Assembly (NCBI GenBank): GCA_049287895.1
Contig: JBAQGR010000728.1
Location: 1-62,554, forward strand
Reading direction: 5' to 3'
DNA: 62,554 nucleotides
Source of the DNA: Desulfatitalea sp.
Lineage (GTDB): Bacteria; Desulfobacterota; Desulfobacteria; Desulfobacterales; Desulfosarcinaceae
Shown: positions 57,247 to 62,554 of the stretch, in pieces
Position numbering within the stretch: position 1 is the stretch's first letter
Layout: each line of letters begins with the position of its first letter
Translations under genes and position numbers: made by a program
The notes under the pieces: generated by a model
What the model was told of the DNA's origin: nothing
What the model saw: only the letters and a program-made list of their open reading frames with translations
Database searches by the model: none

Positions 57247-57672
57247 ATGATGATGGATGAGCATGAACGACCCCCTGATCCGGATGCCCTCGCTCAACAT
57301 TTCTATGACTATATCCAGAAAATAAGAGCGGACAAAGAACTTTATAAGCTGAAAGCCCAGGTGGCCAAAGCCCTGGCCCACGAAAGCCGCCTGATGATTA
57401 TTGACGCCCTCAACGAGAAGGATATGTGTGTCGGTGAATTGACCGAGATGGTGGGCGTGGATCAATCGACAGTTTCAAAACACCTGTCCATACTCAAGCA
57501 GGTCGGTATTGTCCTGGATCGTAAAGAAGGTTCCAACAAAATCTACTATCACCTTAGAATGGCCATCATCCGCCAATTTTCCGATTTGGCGATGGCTTTG
57601 ATTCACAGCAACGTCCCCAGGGCCGGTTTTCATGCGCTCCGCGAGGCCAAGCACTCGCCCATAGAACGGTAA
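57247..57672 (+). CDS. ArsR/SmtB family transcriptional regulator
   Basis: KALAHESRLMII, CVGELTEMVGVDQSTVSKHLSILKQVGIV...IYYHL; AAGGAG RBS. Confidence 0.9.
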   Translation: MMMDEHERPPDPDALAQHFYDYIQKIRADKELYKLKAQVAKALAHESRLMIIDALNEKDMCVGELTEMVGVDQSTVSKHLSILKQVGIVLDRKEGSNKIYYHLRMAIIRQFSDLAMALIHSNVPRAGFHALREAKHSPIER

Positions 57673-57677
57673 CCGTT

Positions 57678-58439
57678 ATGATCAAAGCAATTATCGCTGA
57701 TGAAGAAGAAGCAATCGGGCAAATTGAGCCGCTGCTAGCCGACCTCTGGCCCGATCTGGTGGTTTGCGGCAGAGCCAGAAGCGGCCCGGAGGCGCTGCGC
57801 CTGATCGAAAAGCATAAACCCCAGCTCGCCATCCTTGAGGTCAGGTTGCCAGGCATTTGCGGCATGCAGGTGGCTAGAAAGATTACCGGGGCTTGCCAAG
57901 TCGTCTTCACCACAAGCTATGACCACTATGCGGTCAACGCTTTCGATAGCGGGGCATTGGACTACCTGCTCAAACCGGTGAGCCGGGAACGGTTGCAAAA
58001 AGCCATCCAACGGTCCCAGCGACAGCTTGCTTCCTCCGCCGAGGCAATATCCTCTCTAAGTCATGGTTTGACCATACAGGAACAGGCTGACAGTCCGGTC
58101 ACCCTAAAGCATAATTTTCGGCAATGGATTTGCACCCAAAGCGGCAGTCGCTCAAAATTCATGCCAGTCGATCAAGCCTGCTATTTCCAGTCCTATCACA
58201 AGTATACATCGGTTGTTACCCGGGAGAGCGAAACCCTGATCACCAAATCGATCAGATGTCTGGTCGAGGAATTGGATCCAAGCAAGTTTTGGCGCATTCA
58301 TCGCTCGACCGTCGTCAATGTCGCCCAGATCGCAGGAGTGAGTCGATCGATGACCGGCCGAGGGGTTGTCCGGCTAAAGGACCGCCCAGAGAACCTCACC
58401 GTCAGCCGACCTTACCTGCACTTGTTTAAACAGGTTTAG
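57678..58439 (+). CDS. LytTR family response regulator with atypical receiver (E54)
   Basis: Receiver ...LAILEVRLPG...TSYDHYAV.AF...DYLLKP; LytTR FWRIHRSTVVN, VSRPY. Confidence 0.9.
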   Translation: MIKAIIADEEEAIGQIEPLLADLWPDLVVCGRARSGPEALRLIEKHKPQLAILEVRLPGICGMQVARKITGACQVVFTTSYDHYAVNAFDSGALDYLLKPVSRERLQKAIQRSQRQLASSAEAISSLSHGLTIQEQADSPVTLKHNFRQWICTQSGSRSKFMPVDQACYFQSYHKYTSVVTRESETLITKSIRCLVEELDPSKFWRIHRSTVVNVAQIAGVSRSMTGRGVVRLKDRPENLTVSRPYLHLFKQV

Positions 58440-58456
58440 CGCCTCGGATTCTTCCT

Positions 58457-58517
58457 TTTCATCCCCTTGTTTTTCCATTTCGTCCCTTTCAATTTGAAAT
58501 CACCGCCGGATCGTCCC
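58457..58517 (+). promoter_or_regulatory. Candidate LytTR direct-repeat operator
   Basis: TTTCATCCC (58457), TTTCGTCCC (58478; 21 bp period), GATCGTCCC (58509). Confidence 0.55.
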
Positions 58518-58624
58518 AGTATTCGATCCAACGGTTAAGTGTCGATGCTATTTGGAGTGTAACAGAATAGAGAAAAACATGAATAAGGGTTTGTTTTACA
58601 CAGAGATAAGAAGGGAGGAAATCA

Positions 58625-60481
58625 ATGTTTAACCTTTTGGTCGACAAACGGGATCAAAAATTTGTTCTCCACGAAATGCTCAATATCCGACAGCTTTGCG
58701 AGACGGCTGGGTTCGGCCATCTGACCGCCGAGACCATTGATGCATCGCTTAAAGCGGCCTTGGAGCTGGCGGTGAAGGAGTCCTATCCGATCATGGCCGA
58801 GGCGGACCGCGAAGGGTGCCGGCTGGAAAACGGCGAAGTCCGCGTGCCCCGCTGCTACCACCGGTTGAAAGAACACTATGACCAGGCGGAATTGGCATCG
58901 GCGTATCTTCCCGAAGCGATAGGAGGGCACGGCTATCCCATGACGCTTTGGACGCCGATGTTCGAGGATTTTGTTCACAATCTCGGATTCCTGTGGCTCT
59001 GGGCGTCGCCCTTGGCCATCACCGGCAGCATCGCCATGATCGGCACAGACGACCAGAAAAAAAAGTACCTTCCCAACCTGGTTGCCGGTAAATGGGGCTC
59101 AGCCATCGCCTTCACCGAGGAGCAGGCCGGCGTGGACGATATCGCCCGGCAGGCCACCACCGCCGTGCCGCAGCCCGACGGATCGTACCGGATCCAGGGT
59201 ATCAAGCCCACGGTTACCAGCGGAGATTCCGATCTGTTCGAAAACATGGTGCTGTGCGTCCTGGCTCGCATCAAGGGGGCCCCCCAGGACGCCAGCGGTC
59301 TTTCGCTGTTCATCGTTCCCAAGTATCTGGTCAATCCGGACGGGTCCCTGGGACCGCGCAACGACTACACCGTGGCCGGCCTGGAGCAAAAATTGGGTCT
59401 GCGCGGCAGTCCCACCGTGGCGTTGGACTTCGGCCGCAACGGCGACTGTTATGGGGAACTGCTCGGCCCCAGCGGGCAGGCCATGCCCATGTTCATGGGG
59501 TCCCTGCTCAAGTGCAGCTTCTATGGGGCCGTCTCCACCGGTATCGCCTCGGCGGCGTATTTGCACACTTTGGATTACACCCGCAAGCGCATCCATGGCC
59601 CTCATATTTCAGAAATCAACAACCCTGAGGCCCAGCCGGTGCCCATCATTGCCCAGCCCTTTGTTCGGCGGCGGCTGCTCTGGATGAAGTCCCATGTGGA
59701 GGGCCTGCGGGCTTTGGTCTATTACGGTTGCATGTGCCAGGACAAGGCCAACGCCGGCGCGGATTCCGAAAAGGAAAAATGGTCCGGGATCAATGACATC
59801 CTTTTCCCGACCTTTCGCCATTATGCGGCCGAAAAAGCGCTCCAGGTGGCCGAGACAGCCGTCAAGATGCATGGCCGCAGCGGATACTTCAACGACTACC
59901 CGGTACACCAGTTCATGCGGGATATCATCCCTATCGGCTGGTGGGAGGGAGACGCCGGTGCCAACAATCTATTCTATCTGACCCAGATTCTGGGGCAACG
60001 CGACGGGCAGGACTTCGCCAATCTCCTTGGGGAGATGAAACGCATCATTGAAGAATTCGGGAGCGCGGAGAGCCTGGTCGACCTGGCCGGTGACCTCAAA
60101 AAACGGGTGGATCTGCTGGCAGCGATGGGCTTGTTTTTTACCGATTGCTTCAAGGCCGGCAAGGTGCTCGTACCCATTTCCAACGGACTGCCCTTTATCC
60201 ACTTTATGGGCGATATCTGCCTGGGCTGGATGCTCTTCTGGCAGGCCGGCATCGCCACGAAACAGCTGAGCGCAATATTTACAGCGAACCGTATCGATCC
60301 CCGGGATGCGGCCGGCAGAAATGAATTCCTGTGTCACAACAAAGAGGCCGCCTTCTATGACGGGAAGGTGCATGGCGCCAGATACTTTATCAAAAACGTC
60401 CTTCCGGGAGTAGACGGTCTCGCCACCGCCTTTAAAAGTGAAGACCTTTCGAGCATAACGATACCCGATGCTGCCTTTTAA
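58625..60481 (+). CDS. Acyl-CoA dehydrogenase (long FadE type)
   Basis: QKKKYLP, FTEEQAG, VLARIKGAP...GLSLFIVPK, EQKLGLRGSPT, I...P.VRRRLL.MK, AFYDGK..ARYF. Confidence 0.88.
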   Translation: MFNLLVDKRDQKFVLHEMLNIRQLCETAGFGHLTAETIDASLKAALELAVKESYPIMAEADREGCRLENGEVRVPRCYHRLKEHYDQAELASAYLPEAIGGHGYPMTLWTPMFEDFVHNLGFLWLWASPLAITGSIAMIGTDDQKKKYLPNLVAGKWGSAIAFTEEQAGVDDIARQATTAVPQPDGSYRIQGIKPTVTSGDSDLFENMVLCVLARIKGAPQDASGLSLFIVPKYLVNPDGSLGPRNDYTVAGLEQKLGLRGSPTVALDFGRNGDCYGELLGPSGQAMPMFMGSLLKCSFYGAVSTGIASAAYLHTLDYTRKRIHGPHISEINNPEAQPVPIIAQPFVRRRLLWMKSHVEGLRALVYYGCMCQDKANAGADSEKEKWSGINDILFPTFRHYAAEKALQVAETAVKMHGRSGYFNDYPVHQFMRDIIPIGWWEGDAGANNLFYLTQILGQRDGQDFANLLGEMKRIIEEFGSAESLVDLAGDLKKRVDLLAAMGLFFTDCFKAGKVLVPISNGLPFIHFMGDICLGWMLFWQAGIATKQLSAIFTANRIDPRDAAGRNEFLCHNKEAAFYDGKVHGARYFIKNVLPGVDGLATAFKSEDLSSITIPDAAF

Positions 60482-60641
60482 GGCGATTCCTGGGCAGCCG
60501 GGTTTTGAACTCAGTGTCCATCAACAGGAAGCTTAAGGAAATTGATGAAAACAGGATGCGGGGCCGGGCACGCCGTGCCCCGCACCCTGCCCTTAGCCAT
60601 GAAGAAGCTCCTAAGAGTCGGACCAACGGCACACAAGCCAG

Positions 60642-61907
60642 ATGAAAATTATCCGCGAAATCTTCCGGCCGAAACCGGAAATACTCTACCTGGAACCATT
60701 TTTCGGTTGCAACTACCACTGCTTTTTCTGTGTGCATGGCAGCAACGACCGGATCAAAACCGCATGCTTGGGGCCTTGCCTATTCGAGAGGCTCAAACCC
60801 GTCATCGAAACCGTCGACCACATCCACCTCACTGGACTGGGTGAGCCATTGTTGAATCCTCACATGAAGGACTATCTCTCGTATTTCAGAGAGAAGGAAA
60901 AATCTTTCTACATCAATACCAATGGGTCCTTGATCGATGATGGCCTCATCCGCCTTTTGACCACGTCCAGGAGCGAACTCTCCATAAGTCTGGACGCCGG
61001 CGATGCGAAAACCTACACCAGGATGCGCAAGGGGGGCGATTGGACCAGGGTGATATCCCGGTTAAAGCGGTTGTCGCAAAACAAGGCCACCAGCCGCACC
61101 CCCTATCCCCTGCTCTATTTGTCGTTCCATATTAACGCACTGAATGTGATGAGTCTGAAAAAGGTCCCGAACCTTGCCCGCGAACTAGGAATCAAGGCGG
61201 TGAAGCTGTCCTGGACCCGGCTCCCGGATGGATATCGAAAATATTCGATCTTCAAGCATCAGGAATTGGTTGATGACACGCTTGGAAACTTAACCGCGCA
61301 ATTGCTGAAAAGCGGGATTTTGGTCCAAAACGAGGCCATCCTCGGCAAGCATCAACGCGGGTGCTGGAGCTTCAGGCCAATGACGTTTGTGGGTGCTAAC
61401 GGAGCGGTTGCCGCTTGTTGCAGCCGCTGGGTCCCAATCGGACACCTATCCGAAAATTCTTTTGAGGACATTTGGAATGGTTGGCCCCGACGGAGAATCC
61501 AACTGGCGATTCTAAACAAGAACCCGGAGGGGATGTGCCAGCATTGTCCCCAAATCCTGGGCGTGGACTACGCCCAAACCGAGGCAGACTTCTTCAAATC
61601 ACGGGAGCTGGAAGCGGCGATCCTGACCGCAAAAGCGCAGAACATTGGGAAACTACCTTCCCTGGAAGGGCTGCGGGATGCCTTCCGATGCGCTGTCGCC
61701 GCCCTGCTCGGGGGAGATGCTGCAAAGGCCGTGCGCACCTTTACCGCCCTGGACACCCGGTTCCCGGACCATTTTGAAATACGGAACAATCTGGCTGCCG
61801 GCCATTTATATCTAGGCAATATCCGAAAATGCCGGGAACTGCTCCAGGCTATCCAGACCATCCCCCACAATGAAAAACTCATCCAGTCGACTCGGATCCT
61901 TGTCTGA
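60642..61907 (+). CDS. Radical SAM/SPASM(twitch) protein with C-terminal TPR-like region
   Basis: CNYHCFFC, TGLGEPLL, NTNG, SLDA, C...CC...IG.L...SFEDIWNG...CQHC. Confidence 0.88.
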   Translation: MKIIREIFRPKPEILYLEPFFGCNYHCFFCVHGSNDRIKTACLGPCLFERLKPVIETVDHIHLTGLGEPLLNPHMKDYLSYFREKEKSFYINTNGSLIDDGLIRLLTTSRSELSISLDAGDAKTYTRMRKGGDWTRVISRLKRLSQNKATSRTPYPLLYLSFHINALNVMSLKKVPNLARELGIKAVKLSWTRLPDGYRKYSIFKHQELVDDTLGNLTAQLLKSGILVQNEAILGKHQRGCWSFRPMTFVGANGAVAACCSRWVPIGHLSENSFEDIWNGWPRRRIQLAILNKNPEGMCQHCPQILGVDYAQTEADFFKSRELEAAILTAKAQNIGKLPSLEGLRDAFRCAVAALLGGDAAKAVRTFTALDTRFPDHFEIRNNLAAGHLYLGNIRKCRELLQAIQTIPHNEKLIQSTRILV

Positions 61908-62149
61908 TTTGGGGTCGTCCAATAAAGGGCGTGTTACCTGAGGAAACACCATGCTTTGAAAGAATTAACGCTCTAAGCACCTAAAGGTGGCCAGGTCGCT
62001 ACGGCAACGGTTGCCCTGATCGCTGTAGAACATTACGCATAGCTATCCAAATACACGACAAGCCTAATTTCCATGTACCCACAATGTTGTTATCTGCCAT
62101 TCAGGTCCAAAGGAGTTGGCGATTGGCGGCCTGTCGCTCGGATGTTGAA

Positions 62150-62554
62150 CTATCCTATTCGCTTGCGGAACTTGATCGGCGGCAGTCCGAAATGTTCGGA
62201 AAAGGCCTTGGAGAAGGACAAGATGCTTTTGTAGTCCACCCTAAGGGCTGCTTCGGTCACGTCCATGTCTTCCTCTTCGATCAGCCGCCGGGCCTCGATC
62301 AGCCGCTTCTGTCGCAGATAATCGAAGACCGTGGCGCCGTACAGTTCCCGGAAACAGGTGTTCACCCTGCAGTGGTTGGTTCCCACCGCATGGGCCAGAT
62401 CGAACAGGCCCGGCGGGTTTTCCAGGTCCCCGCACAGGATCTCCCTGACATGATACAGGCGATCCGTTTCATGCCGGTTCGGTTTTAGCGGCCTGCCCCC
62501 ACCATCATCTTCGCAGACTGTCTGGGCCAATTTGTGTAGAATGAGCTCCATGGC
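62150..62554 (-). CDS. AraC family transcriptional regulator (C-terminal part; runs off the window edge)
   Basis: PPGLFDLAHAVG...FRELYGATVFDYLRQKRL..AR.L...VTEAALRVDY...FSKAF...FGLPP. Confidence 0.88.
   Translation of the reverse strand, partial: AMELILHKLAQTVCEDDGGGRPLKPNRHETDRLYHVREILCGDLENPPGLFDLAHAVGTNHCRVNTCFRELYGATVFDYLRQKRLIEARRLIEEEDMDVTEAALRVDYKSILSFSKAFSEHFGLPPIKFRKRIG

Overview
GC-rich window that looks like an anaerobic deltaproteobacterium (Desulfobacterales-like; inferred from gene content, not verified). Left to right it contains: (1) rnd and a prkA-yeaH-spoVR-prkA2 operon; (2) a 1.5 kb mosaic of gene fragments; (3) a sigma54-driven tungsten-type aldehyde:ferredoxin oxidoreductase (AOR); (4) a partly eroded Mop/DVU_1553-1560-type molybdo-aldehyde oxidoreductase cluster; (5) a minus-strand run of moaA, an AmiS/UreI-like channel, amidohydrolase, SirB1/TPR, CHC2 zinc finger, arc, dop, pup, pafA, a hypothetical and a B12 radical SAM; (6) a divergent sigma54 operon with a Mo-bisPGD-family subunit, Fe-S proteins, HdrCB, a large HdrA/HdrL, MvhD, MvhG, an MvhA homologue without Ni ligands, a broken AOR paralogue, NirB/sulfite-reductase-like proteins, lipoyl domains, rubredoxin and a radical SAM; (7) FIST, ArsR, LytTR, acyl-CoA dehydrogenase, radical SAM and AraC genes. 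The best candidates for an undescribed system are the pupylation module, which has no 20S genes in the locus, a Pup ending EGE and an ATPase without the proteasome-docking tail, and the Hdr-Mvh-AOR redox complex, which cannot be a working hydrogenase. The two share one divergent promoter region. All family assignments come from motifs recognised by eye; no database searches were run.
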